Below are positions 23,520-32,250 of a stretch of 64,000 bases of DNA, piece by piece; position 1 is the first letter of the stretch, and each line of letters opens with the position of its first letter. The DNA comes from Thermodesulfobacteriota bacterium (lineage in GTDB: Bacteria; Desulfobacterota_D; UBA1144). Below the pieces are notes generated by a model, which did no database searches, was not told where the DNA came from, and worked only from the letters and a program-made list of their open reading frames with translations. The stretch lies in assembly GCA_036340075.1 (NCBI GenBank), contig JAYYZJ010000003.1, positions 87,796-151,795 of the forward strand, written 5' to 3'. The translations under genes and the position numbers were made by a program.

Positions 23520-24458
23520 ATGGGTGCACTAGAAAAAACTGTTAGGATTCTCAAATTAAAAGAAAAGAAGAATGCTGTAATTTTAGCTCACAATTATCAA
23601 ATACCTGAAGTACAGGATATGGCTGATTTTGTTGGTGATTCTCTTGGATTATCTAAAATGGCTGCATCTTCTAATGCTGACATGATAGTATTTTGCGGTG
23701 TTCATTTTATGGCAGAAACTGCATCGATATTGTGCCCAAACAAGAAAATCCTTCTTCCTGATGCTGACGCAGGATGCTCACTTGCTGAATCAATAAATGT
23801 TAGCCAGTTAGTGGAATGGAAGAAAAAAAATCCTGGAGCAGTTGTTGTCTCTTACGTAAACACTACAGCCGAAGTAAAAGCCGAAAGTGATTACTGTTGT
23901 ACTTCTTCCAATGCTATCAAAGTCGTTGAGTCAATTGATCCAGAAAAGGAAATTTTATTTTTGCCTGATATGTTTTTGGGAGCCTATGCACAAAAGAAAA
24001 CTGGAAGGAAAATCCATATTTGGCCAGGAGAATGTCATGTTCATGCTGCCATGACATATGAGGAAATTGAAAATCTTCGTGATGATTTTCCTAATTCAGA
24101 AATTCTTATACATCCTGAATGTGCTTGTGGTTCTCAAGCCATGTATTACTCAGAAAAAAATAAAGACAAAGATGTTCATTTTCTCTCCACAGAGGCAATG
24201 ATTTCGAGAGCAGGAACTTCGACTTCTGAGAACTTAATTGTGGCTACAGAAACAGGAGTTATTCACAAGATGAAAAAGATTGCGCCAGAGAAAAACTTTA
24301 TTCCTATCAGTCCAAATGCTACTTGTAAATATATGAAGATGATTACTCTTGATAAAGTTCTCCAAGCCTTGGAGGAAGAAACTCCTGAAATAAAAGTTGC
24401 CCCGGAAATCGCATCAAAGGCGAAACTAGCAATAGACAGAATGGTTAGTATAGTTTAG
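23520..24458 (+). CDS. nadA: Quinolinate synthase A
   Basis: LAHNYQ, FCGVHFMAE, GCSLA, CHVH, HPEC, CKYMK. Confidence 0.96.
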   Translation: MGALEKTVRILKLKEKKNAVILAHNYQIPEVQDMADFVGDSLGLSKMAASSNADMIVFCGVHFMAETASILCPNKKILLPDADAGCSLAESINVSQLVEWKKKNPGAVVVSYVNTTAEVKAESDYCCTSSNAIKVVESIDPEKEILFLPDMFLGAYAQKKTGRKIHIWPGECHVHAAMTYEEIENLRDDFPNSEILIHPECACGSQAMYYSEKNKDKDVHFLSTEAMISRAGTSTSENLIVATETGVIHKMKKIAPEKNFIPISPNATCKYMKMITLDKVLQALEEETPEIKVAPEIASKAKLAIDRMVSIV

Positions 24459-24530
24459 TGGCCGTGGGTGGAATTGAACCACCGACATACGCCTTATGAG
24501 AGCGTCGCTCTACCCCTGAGCTACACGGCC
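24459..24530 (-). tRNA. tRNA with CAU anticodon (Ile2 or elongator Met); CCA not encoded
   Basis: Minus strand GGCCGTG-TAGCTCAGGGGTAGAGC-G-ACGCT-CTCATAA-GGCGT-ATGTC-GGTGGTTCAATTCCACC-CACGGCC-A folds as a cloverleaf; G1-C72 pair argues against initiator. Confidence 0.95.
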
Positions 24531-24589
24531 AATGGATTTTGAGTTTATCATGCAAAAAAAGACTTTCAAGAATGGTAAGCTATTCGTTA

Positions 24590-25324
24590 ATGAGCTCACA
24601 GATTTCGAAAAAGGTTTTTGAAGAAAGAAGAGCGGCTGTTTTTCTTTTACTATCTTCTGTCTTTATTGCTTCGATGACCATGTTAAACATCCTTGGAACA
24701 TCAAGATTCCTGGATTTAAGCTTTGAATTGCTTGGAATACAGATACCGGTAATTGTAGCTGTCGGAGTCCTGCCTTATCCAATAACTTTTCTTTGTACTG
24801 ATTTTATATCTGAAATCTTTGGAAGAAAAAAAGCTTCTCAAGTTGTATGGGCTGGATTAATAGTAAATATTTGGCTTGCCTTTATTGTTTGGCTAGCAGG
24901 TGCTCTTCCTGATTTCAAAACAACTGAGCTTAGCGAGTCTTCTAATAATGCTTTTATGGTTATTCGGCAATTGTCGTTAAGTACAATAGTTGCTTCTATG
25001 ATTGCCTATTTTCTTGCTCAATATTCTGATGTAAGAATTTTTCATTTTTTTAAAGAAAAAACAAAGGGGAAACACTTGTGGCTTCGAAACAATGCCTCAA
25101 CAATGTTCAGTCAGTTTGTTGACACAGTTTCAGTGATTCTGATAACACACATTTTAACTCGTTCTATTCCACTGCCAGAAGAAAAAAGTGAAATTGAAGG
25201 ATTAGCTTTTTTAATCATAAATGCGTATGTCTTTAAATTTTTCTTTGCTGTACTAGATACTCCAATCCTATATGCAGGAGTAAAATACTTAAGAAATTAT
25301 TTGGGCCTAGAAACACAAGTGTAA
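24590..25324 (+). CDS. Queuosine precursor transporter (YhhQ/VUT family)
   Basis: YPITFLCTDFISEIFG, LWLRNNASTMFSQFVDT, DTP; multi-TM; ATG 24590 preferred. Confidence 0.9.
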   Translation: MSSQISKKVFEERRAAVFLLLSSVFIASMTMLNILGTSRFLDLSFELLGIQIPVIVAVGVLPYPITFLCTDFISEIFGRKKASQVVWAGLIVNIWLAFIVWLAGALPDFKTTELSESSNNAFMVIRQLSLSTIVASMIAYFLAQYSDVRIFHFFKEKTKGKHLWLRNNASTMFSQFVDTVSVILITHILTRSIPLPEEKSEIEGLAFLIINAYVFKFFFAVLDTPILYAGVKYLRNYLGLETQV

Positions 25325-25403
25325 AGGCTGCTTATTTGGCCCTCATCGTTAAGGAATAAAAGCAGGTGTTTCATTAGGTGTTTAATTATTATAAAATTTA
25401 AAG

Positions 25404-26780
25404 ATGGCGGATTTAATAAAATCTTTACCTCAGAATAAAGAGGCCGAGCAAGCCGTCTTAGGCTCTATACTTTTGGATGAACAAGCAATCAATGTTGCTC
25501 TTGAAGAAATATCAGCAAATGACTTTTATGATGAAAATCATAAAAAAATATTTGCCGCTATGCTTGATTTGGATTCAGAAAACAAGCCTATAGATGTTCT
25601 AACGTTATTTGAAAAGCTAAAGTCAAAAAAATCATTGTTGCAAGATGTAGGTGGTAGCTCGTATCTTTCACAATTAGTTGAGATTGTGCCTAGTGCATCA
25701 AATGTATCTTTCTATGCAAAATCAGTCAAAGAAAAGTCTGTTCTTCGGGATATGATTAAAACCGCTACTCAAATTATTCAAGAAGGACAGCTTGACCAAG
25801 TAAATGTTAGCGAATTTGTTGATCAAGCTGAAAAAAAACTATTTGATATTACCCAGGATAATCGTAGAACTGGTTTTTCCGCGGCCCCTGAGCTAGTTAA
25901 AGAAACTATTAAAATTATAGAACAGCTTTCACAAAGAAAAGAAGCTGTTACTGGAATTGCTAGTGGTTTTAAAAAACTTGACACTTTGACTGCTGGTTTC
26001 CAGCCCTCGGACTTAATAATACTTGCTGCAAGACCGGGAATGGGGAAAACTTCTATAAGTTTAAACATGGTTGTTCATGCGGCATTAAGTCATGATCTTA
26101 GCATAGGCTTCTTTTCTTTGGAGATGACAAAAGAACAATTGATGATGAGAATGCTGTCTTCAAAGTCTAAAGTTAATTTCGGCAAAATAAGAACCGGTTA
26201 TTTGTCAGATTCCGAATTCAAAAAAGTAATAGACGCTGCGGATTCGCTCCAGCGTGCAAATATTCATATCGATGATTCTCCGGGCATTAACGTTTTAGAG
26301 CTGCGATCAAAAACCAGGCGACTTATGAGTGAAAAAGGAATAGACTTGTTAGTTATTGACTACTTGCAGCTTATGAGAGGTGCAACAAGAGCAGAAAACA
26401 GGGAAAGGGAGATTGCCGAAATATCTTCATCCCTAAAGGCATTGGCAAAAGAGCTTGCCATTCCAATTATTGCAATATCTCAATTAAGCAGACAAACTGA
26501 AACAAGAACAGACAAAAAGCCGCAATTGTCTGACTTAAGAGAAAGTGGTGCGCTCGAACAAGATGCTGATATGGTCTTGTTTCTCCACCGTGCAGATGCT
26601 TACAAAAGAAACATTGAAGAACGCGATGGTATCGCTGAAGTTATTATTGGAAAGCAAAGAAATGGTCCGACAGGAACAGTTTCTCTTGCCTTTTTAGACC
26701 AACAAGGAGTTCCTGGTTTTGAAAATTTATCTGACGATTATTTTAACGAACTCCCTAATGGGGATGGGGACAATCTTTAA
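25404..26780 (+). CDS. dnaB: Replicative DNA helicase
   Basis: AEQAVLG, AARPGMGKT, IDYLQLM, SDLRESGALEQDAD, KQRNGPTG. Confidence 0.98.
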   Translation: MADLIKSLPQNKEAEQAVLGSILLDEQAINVALEEISANDFYDENHKKIFAAMLDLDSENKPIDVLTLFEKLKSKKSLLQDVGGSSYLSQLVEIVPSASNVSFYAKSVKEKSVLRDMIKTATQIIQEGQLDQVNVSEFVDQAEKKLFDITQDNRRTGFSAAPELVKETIKIIEQLSQRKEAVTGIASGFKKLDTLTAGFQPSDLIILAARPGMGKTSISLNMVVHAALSHDLSIGFFSLEMTKEQLMMRMLSSKSKVNFGKIRTGYLSDSEFKKVIDAADSLQRANIHIDDSPGINVLELRSKTRRLMSEKGIDLLVIDYLQLMRGATRAENREREIAEISSSLKALAKELAIPIIAISQLSRQTETRTDKKPQLSDLRESGALEQDADMVLFLHRADAYKRNIEERDGIAEVIIGKQRNGPTGTVSLAFLDQQGVPGFENLSDDYFNELPNGDGDNL

Positions 26781-27535
26781 AGCTCTATAGATACCGGGCA
26801 ATGGTCTGACCCGAGCACGTCGTTGTGTATTAATGCTTTTTTAATTTTGTTAATATCGGAAACCCAAAAGTAGTCAATTCTCCATCCAACGTTGTTTGAT
26901 CTGGCATTTCTCATATATGTCCACCAAGAATACTTAACTTTTTTTGGGTGAAGGTATCTAAAAGTGTCTACAAATCCACTTTTTTCAAATTTATCTAACC
27001 AATCTCTCTCTATCCTGAGAAAGCCTGATGTGTTTTCATTAGGCTTGGGGTGTTTTAAGTCGATTTCATTGTGCGCTATATTGTAGTCACCGCAAACTAT
27101 AATATTTTTCTTTTTTCTTTTAAGAGTTGCTGTTAAATCGTAAACGGCCTCATGAAATCTTAGCTTGTAGGCGAGTCGCTCTTCGTTCATTTGTCCGTTT
27201 GGAAAATAAAAATTTAGAAGAACAAAGTCTTTGTATTCTAAGCTCAACAACCTACCTTCAACATCAAATTCTTTATCCGATTTTAGGCTTGTTGATACCT
27301 TGGTTGGTTTAATTTTTGAATATATCGCTACACCAGAATATCCTTTTTTTGTTTTTGAAGAATTAAAATATGAAAAATAATTTGGCATATTAATTAATTC
27401 GTCGTCCAACTGTTCTTTTTCTGCTTTGATTTCCTGGAGGCATAAAATATCTGGTTTAAATTTTTTTACAAAGCCTAAAAATCCTTTTTTTTGAACTGCT
27501 CTAATACCATTTACATTCCAAGAAAAGATTTTCAT
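26777..27535 (-). CDS. xth: Exodeoxyribonuclease III
   Basis: SWNVNGIRA, LQEIK, GDYNIAH, GWRIDYF, SDHCP. Confidence 0.96.
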   Translation of the reverse strand: MKIFSWNVNGIRAVQKKGFLGFVKKFKPDILCLQEIKAEKEQLDDELINMPNYFSYFNSSKTKKGYSGVAIYSKIKPTKVSTSLKSDKEFDVEGRLLSLEYKDFVLLNFYFPNGQMNEERLAYKLRFHEAVYDLTATLKRKKKNIIVCGDYNIAHNEIDLKHPKPNENTSGFLRIERDWLDKFEKSGFVDTFRYLHPKKVKYSWWTYMRNARSNNVGWRIDYFWVSDINKIKKALIHNDVLGSDHCPVSIEL

Positions 27536-27563
27536 ATAACTAGTTTATAATATTAAAGTAATT

Positions 27564-28199
27564 ATGCAGTTTGTCATTGTCCCTTTTAAAAATTTCTTAG
27601 AGGCTAAGTCTAGAATGAGAAAGACAGTGTCTTACGACACAACAATAAAAATTGTAAAAATCATGCTGGAGCATGTATTGTCTGAAATCAAAAACTCAAA
27701 GAAATCTGACAAAAACTTTATTGTCACTAAAGACAAAGAGGCTGTTAAGATTGCTGAAAAATTTGGCTTTGATGTTCTTTTGGAAGAAAAGCAATCTGGT
27801 GAAAGCTCTTCTGTGGACTGGGCATCAAAAAAATTATACGAGATGGGTGCGAGCTCGGTTTTAAGGCTACCTGCCGACTTACCCTTGATAGAATCAAGAG
27901 ACGTTGACGAAATATTCGAGCGTTCAAATGAAACCAACAGCAGCATTCTGGTGCCTTCTAGAAGCGGGCTGGGAACTAACGCATTTTTGCGTTCCCCCCC
28001 CGAAATTGTTCCATCGTTTTTTGGTTCTAACAGCATGGAAAAACATATAGCTGCTTTTGAAGAAAAAGGCGCTGACTATTCCGTAGTTAAAAATGAAAAC
28101 ATCGGTTTTGATGTTGACTCAGGCGAAGATTTAAAAGAATTAGGATTGTTGGCCAAAAGAAGTTTGGCGGTAACCTCAATTTTAAATTTAATTAATTAA
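27564..28199 (+). CDS. cofC: 2-phospho-L-lactate/PEP guanylyltransferase (F420 biosynthesis)
   Basis: VPFK...AKSRM, PADLP, GTNA, FDVDSGEDL. Confidence 0.85.
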   Translation: MQFVIVPFKNFLEAKSRMRKTVSYDTTIKIVKIMLEHVLSEIKNSKKSDKNFIVTKDKEAVKIAEKFGFDVLLEEKQSGESSSVDWASKKLYEMGASSVLRLPADLPLIESRDVDEIFERSNETNSSILVPSRSGLGTNAFLRSPPEIVPSFFGSNSMEKHIAAFEEKGADYSVVKNENIGFDVDSGEDLKELGLLAKRSLAVTSILNLIN

Positions 28200-28491
28200 G
28201 GACTGCCAAAATATCCGTTTCTTCTAGAATCAACAAGTCTTTGCCATCAATGGAAAGCTCTGCTCCTCCATATTTGCTAAAAAGGACTCTGTCTCCTTCT
28301 TTTACAACAAGGGGTGTTACGTTTCCACTTTTGTCAACTCTTCCATTGCCTACAGCAACCACTGTTGCCTCAAGTGGCTTTTCTTGAGAAGCGTCGGGAA
28401 TTATTATCCCTCCTTCGGTCATCTCTTGTGCTTCGTTTCTTTCTACTAGAATTTTATCTCCTAGTGGTCGTATTTTTTTAGATTTACCCAT
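28192..28491 (-). CDS. groES: Co-chaperonin GroES
   Basis: IRPLGDKILV, TEGGIIIPD, VVAVGNG, GDRVLFSKYGG. Confidence 0.97.
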   Translation of the reverse strand: MGKSKKIRPLGDKILVERNEAQEMTEGGIIIPDASQEKPLEATVVAVGNGRVDKSGNVTPLVVKEGDRVLFSKYGGAELSIDGKDLLILEETDILAVLN

Positions 28492-28553
28492 TTTTATCTC
28501 CTAATAAAATTAACTTCTTATAAACTAATCATAAAAAATAAACTTTCAAGACA

Positions 28554-29216
28554 TCAAACAAATTTAATTGAAAATTCATGTTTGTGCTTAATGTTCATAT
28601 TTACAATTAAAGGAGTTATCGCCTCAATCATCCCAGAAAGCGCCAAAGGACCAGCGTCTATTGTTCTTAATTTTGGCATTTCTTCTGTTAGTCGTGCAAC
28701 AAGCGCTTTTGATTCCTCGTCATCTCCACAAATTACAACATCGTAATCTAGTTCTTTTTCAAAATTTGCTAAGCCTTTAGCAGGAATATTGTGATACGCG
28801 CTTACAATACTTACAGTTTCAGGCAATACTGATTTAATCTCTGCAGCAGACGATCCTGACTCGGGCTCCTCAAACAAAAAGCTTTTTGTTTCTTCATCTC
28901 TAACCATTGGCACAACCGGAGTTATAACAACTTGGTTTGTAAAGGAATCCTTAATCCCTTCTAGAGTAGACTTTGTATATTCATGGGGCAAGCAAACAAC
29001 TACAACCTCTGACTGTTTAGCTGCATCTTCATTTGAGAGGCCAGTAATATTAGCATCAACTCCTACGGATTTAGCCTTCTCAAGCATTTCTTGTGTAATG
29101 CCCTCTGCCTTTTCCTGTTTTCTAGAACCAATAAAAATCTCATGCCCTACCTTGGCCCATCTTATTACAAGACCTTCCGCAAAAGCCCCCGTTCCTCCAA
29201 GTAAACTTATCTTCAT
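28554..29216 (-). CDS. npdG: NADPH-dependent F420 reductase
   Basis: LLGGTG, IGSR...KA, SAYHNIPA, DVVICGDD, DAGPL...IEAITPLIV. Confidence 0.88.
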   Translation of the reverse strand: MKISLLGGTGAFAEGLVIRWAKVGHEIFIGSRKQEKAEGITQEMLEKAKSVGVDANITGLSNEDAAKQSEVVVVCLPHEYTKSTLEGIKDSFTNQVVITPVVPMVRDEETKSFLFEEPESGSSAAEIKSVLPETVSIVSAYHNIPAKGLANFEKELDYDVVICGDDEESKALVARLTEEMPKLRTIDAGPLALSGMIEAITPLIVNMNIKHKHEFSIKFV

Positions 29217-29278
29217 TTTCTTCTCCTATAACAAAATTGAGTGTATGTCGTAAAAACGAGCAAACAATTAGTTTTTAA

Positions 29279-29539
29279 TTATAACAGTTTTTTTAGATGT
29301 TCAACAACAATTTCGGTTTCAGCGTCTATGGCTAGTGTTTTTGTTTTTGATTTGTGGCCTGCGACTATGCTTATTTTGGATTTAGAAACATTAAAAAAAT
29401 CTGACAAAGTTCTTATTAGCTCTTTGTTGGATTCTTGATTGTGAGGTATTGCTGCAACTCTAACTATCAGAAGCTCTTCTTTGTAAGAAAGAACTTCGGA
29501 CTTATTAGATCGTGGTTTTACTAAAACTTTGAGTTTCAA
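29279..29539 (-). CDS. DUF167 / YggU family protein
   Basis: VKPRS...RVAAIP...SNKELIRTLSDFF...GHKSKTK; in the yggS-proC-yggT context. Confidence 0.85.
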   Translation of the reverse strand: MKLKVLVKPRSNKSEVLSYKEELLIVRVAAIPHNQESNKELIRTLSDFFNVSKSKISIVAGHKSKTKTLAIDAETEIVVEHLKKLL

Positions 29540-29541
29540 AA

Positions 29542-29829
29542 TTAAAAACTATAGGCCATATCAATCAACGACCTTACCAAAAAAATTTGTCCAATGTAGT
29601 GTATTAGAAGTGCGGCAATAATTGGGGACAAATCGATTCCTCCGAAATAAGGAATGGCGCCTCTAATTGGTTGAAGAATAGGCTCAGTAATTCTTTCCAA
29701 AAAATATACAATTTGATTGTAAGGGTCTGGGCTCACCCAAGAAATTAGACACCGGACGAGAATAAGCCAAAACATTATTTCAAACACTGCATTTAAAATG
29801 CCTGCTATTGCTAATAGTAGATTTGTCAT
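29542..29829 (-). CDS. yggT: YggT family membrane protein
   Basis: ISWVSPDPYN, TEPILQPIR, GGIDLSPI. Confidence 0.93.
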   Translation of the reverse strand: MTNLLLAIAGILNAVFEIMFWLILVRCLISWVSPDPYNQIVYFLERITEPILQPIRGAIPYFGGIDLSPIIAALLIHYIGQIFLVRSLIDMAYSF

Positions 29830-30650
29830 TTTTGTTTCCTCTTGTTTTGAATTTGTCTCCTTATTTGGGAGGATTTTTTAGTTGCTGCAAAAAGAGAGTC
29901 TTTTATTGTTTTTGAGTATTTATTTTTTCTAAGACTTTTTAAGCCTTCCTCGGTAGTTCCTCCTGGGGAAGCAACCATGGATATAAATTTGTTAATGTCT
30001 ATTTTGCTATACTTTAAAAATTCAACGGTCCCCAATATAGTTTCAAGAACCAGCAGGCTGGACACTGCTTTGCTGAAACCTTTTTGCTTGGCAAAAGACA
30101 AATTAGACTCGATGTGCTGGGCTAAAAAGGCTGGTCCCGACCCGCTTAGTGCAGTAACAGCATCAAAATCTGTGTCTTTCTTAAGTCGAAAAATTTTTCC
30201 AATTGAAGAAAGAAGATTTTCTGCAACTTTCATATCTTTGTTCGTACATTTTGAATTCTGCATAATTCCAACCACTCCTTTTCCTATTAGACAAGGAAGG
30301 TTTGGCATTGATCTTATAATCTTTTTATCGTTGCCAAAAAAGCTTTGTAGGGACTTCATGGATACGCCAGCGGCTACAGATATTAATATTTGATTTCTAG
30401 TTAAATATTGTTTGATTTCCTGTGCCACGCTCTCAACGACATTGGGTTTGACGCATATAAATAGAATAGTGCTGTTTTCTGCCGCCCCAAGGTTATTTTT
30501 TGTGGTTTTGACTCTTCTGTTCTTTTTTATTTTATTTAGCTGCTTTGAGCTAATATCTGAACATGTAATTTGTATATTTTTTTGTGTATTCAAAATACCG
30601 GATAAAATCGCGTTTGCCATATTTCCGGCCCCTATTATTCCCACTCGCAT
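29826..30650 (-). CDS. proC: Pyrroline-5-carboxylate reductase
   Basis: IGAGNMA, RSMPN, TALSGSGPAF, SPGGTT; start set at MRVGII. Confidence 0.95.
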   Translation of the reverse strand: MRVGIIGAGNMANAILSGILNTQKNIQITCSDISSKQLNKIKKNRRVKTTKNNLGAAENSTILFICVKPNVVESVAQEIKQYLTRNQILISVAAGVSMKSLQSFFGNDKKIIRSMPNLPCLIGKGVVGIMQNSKCTNKDMKVAENLLSSIGKIFRLKKDTDFDAVTALSGSGPAFLAQHIESNLSFAKQKGFSKAVSSLLVLETILGTVEFLKYSKIDINKFISMVASPGGTTEEGLKSLRKNKYSKTIKDSLFAATKKSSQIRRQIQNKRKQK

Positions 30651-30657
30651 AATTTGA

Positions 30658-31356
30658 TTATAATATCTTTTTTCTCTTTCCAAAAATTTTAGTTCCTATT
30701 CTTACAATTGTGGCTCCTTCATCAATCGCGACTTTGTAATCATTGCTCATACCCATGGACAAATCATGGCGCTCTTTGTCAAAGCTATCAGCAAAATCTT
30801 GGCCCAAGGCCTTCATTTTTCTGTAACAATCTCTGGATTTTTCGGGATCGTTAAAATTCTCCGTAATAGTCATAAGCCCGTCTAGTTTTATGCTGCCAAG
30901 GCTTTTAATTTTTGGGATAAGATATTTAAGGTCGGTGGCGGGAACCCCTGCCTTGTTGGAATCTTCGGAGATGTTTACTTGCAAAAGTATGTTTTGTTGT
31001 AGGATTTTTTTTTCGCTTATTTCACTTATAATTTTTGCTTTTTCATAGGAATCAACTGTGTGAATTAGTTTTGCTGTACCAACGATGTATTTGATTTTGT
31101 TTTTTTGTATTTGCCCTATGTAGTGCCATTCAATGTCTTGGGCTTGGTTATTTTGGTTTTCTAAACTCTTGTCTCTAAGCTCTTGGGCATAGTTTTCTCC
31201 GTACATCTTTTGGCCTTCTTCTGTAAGAGCAACAATGTCGGACAAAGGCATTGTCTTTGAGACGGCTAGAAGCTTTGCATTGCTATTTTTAGCAGAACAA
31301 TATGAGCTAAATTCCTGAAAAAAGGCTTTAAAATTAGTTTTAAGATTTTCGTTCAT
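30658..31356 (-). CDS. yggS: PLP homeostasis protein YggS
   Basis: LAVSK, GENYAQE, WHYIGQIQKNK, LSMGMSNDY, GATIVRIGT. Confidence 0.95.
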   Translation of the reverse strand: MNENLKTNFKAFFQEFSSYCSAKNSNAKLLAVSKTMPLSDIVALTEEGQKMYGENYAQELRDKSLENQNNQAQDIEWHYIGQIQKNKIKYIVGTAKLIHTVDSYEKAKIISEISEKKILQQNILLQVNISEDSNKAGVPATDLKYLIPKIKSLGSIKLDGLMTITENFNDPEKSRDCYRKMKALGQDFADSFDKERHDLSMGMSNDYKVAIDEGATIVRIGTKIFGKRKKIL

Positions 31357-31389
31357 AATTATAAAATTAATATATTATATATTTTCACA

Positions 31390-32250
31390 ATGAATGTTTC
31401 TATTGAGAACGAACTGATTAAAGCAAGGAGTCTTCTTCGCGAAAATGGGGCAGTAAATCCTGGCCTTGAAGTCAACCGCCTCCTTGAAGTATCTGCAGGG
31501 CGATCTTTAGAAAGAATTTTTTCTTCCCCTGAGATTCTCGCAAATGAAAATGTAAAAAAAAATTTTTTTTCTCTTTTGGAAAGGAGGGTTAGCGGAGAGC
31601 CTCTTGATTACATTTGTGGAAAAAGTTCTTTCTACTCTAAAGAGTTTTGTGTTGACAGAGGAGTTTTTATTCCTCGATCAGACACTGAGGTTTTGGTGGA
31701 TGCCGTACTGTCAGAAGCTGAAAAGTATGATTTGTATGATTTGATAGTTCTTGATATGTGTTGTGGAACCGGCTGTGTAGGCTTGTCTTTGGCTGATTTC
31801 CATAATTTTAAAAAAATTTATTTAGCTGACAAAGCACCTGATTCAATCAGCTGTGCAAAAAAAAATCAAACTCTGCATGGGCTTGAGAAAAAAACAGAGA
31901 TTTTTGAATCCGATTTATTTTCTTCTGTTCCTTCTGTTGCTTTTAAATATATTGTTTCCAATCCTCCCTATGTAAGCGCAAAAGAGTTTGCGCATCTCGA
32001 TAAGTCCATAAAAAATTATGAACCTATTGAAGCTTTGTTGTCTTCAAATGAGGGATTGTGGCACCTTGCCAAAATAGCTTCTGAAGGTAGAAGGTTCTTG
32101 CCAAAAGACGGCGGAATTTTTTTAGAAATTGGTGCCAGTCAAGGTCTGGCGGCTAAGAAAATTCTTTTTGATCTTGGTTATTCTGAGGTTGAATTATTAC
32201 CTGACTTGAATAAAATTGACAGAGTGGTTAAGGCAAAGTGGAAAAATTAA
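31390..32250 (+). CDS. prmC: Release factor glutamine methyltransferase
   Basis: GEPLDYI, FIPRSDTE, DMCCGTGC, SNPPY. Confidence 0.93.
   Translation: MNVSIENELIKARSLLRENGAVNPGLEVNRLLEVSAGRSLERIFSSPEILANENVKKNFFSLLERRVSGEPLDYICGKSSFYSKEFCVDRGVFIPRSDTEVLVDAVLSEAEKYDLYDLIVLDMCCGTGCVGLSLADFHNFKKIYLADKAPDSISCAKKNQTLHGLEKKTEIFESDLFSSVPSVAFKYIVSNPPYVSAKEFAHLDKSIKNYEPIEALLSSNEGLWHLAKIASEGRRFLPKDGGIFLEIGASQGLAAKKILFDLGYSEVELLPDLNKIDRVVKAKWKN

Noticed and set aside
24459..24530. tRNA as an integration site for a genomic island
   Set aside because: No integrase, no duplicated tRNA 3' end seen, and the flanks are housekeeping genes
24531..24590. preQ1 riboswitch upstream of the queuosine precursor transporter
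   Set aside because: No preQ1-like stem/loop consensus is visible and the gap is only ~59 bp
25325..25403. Imperfect inverted repeat (CTGCTT..AAGCAG) between yhhQ and dnaB as an ncRNA or terminator
   Set aside because: Weak, interrupted pairing with a long loop; not distinguishable from chance
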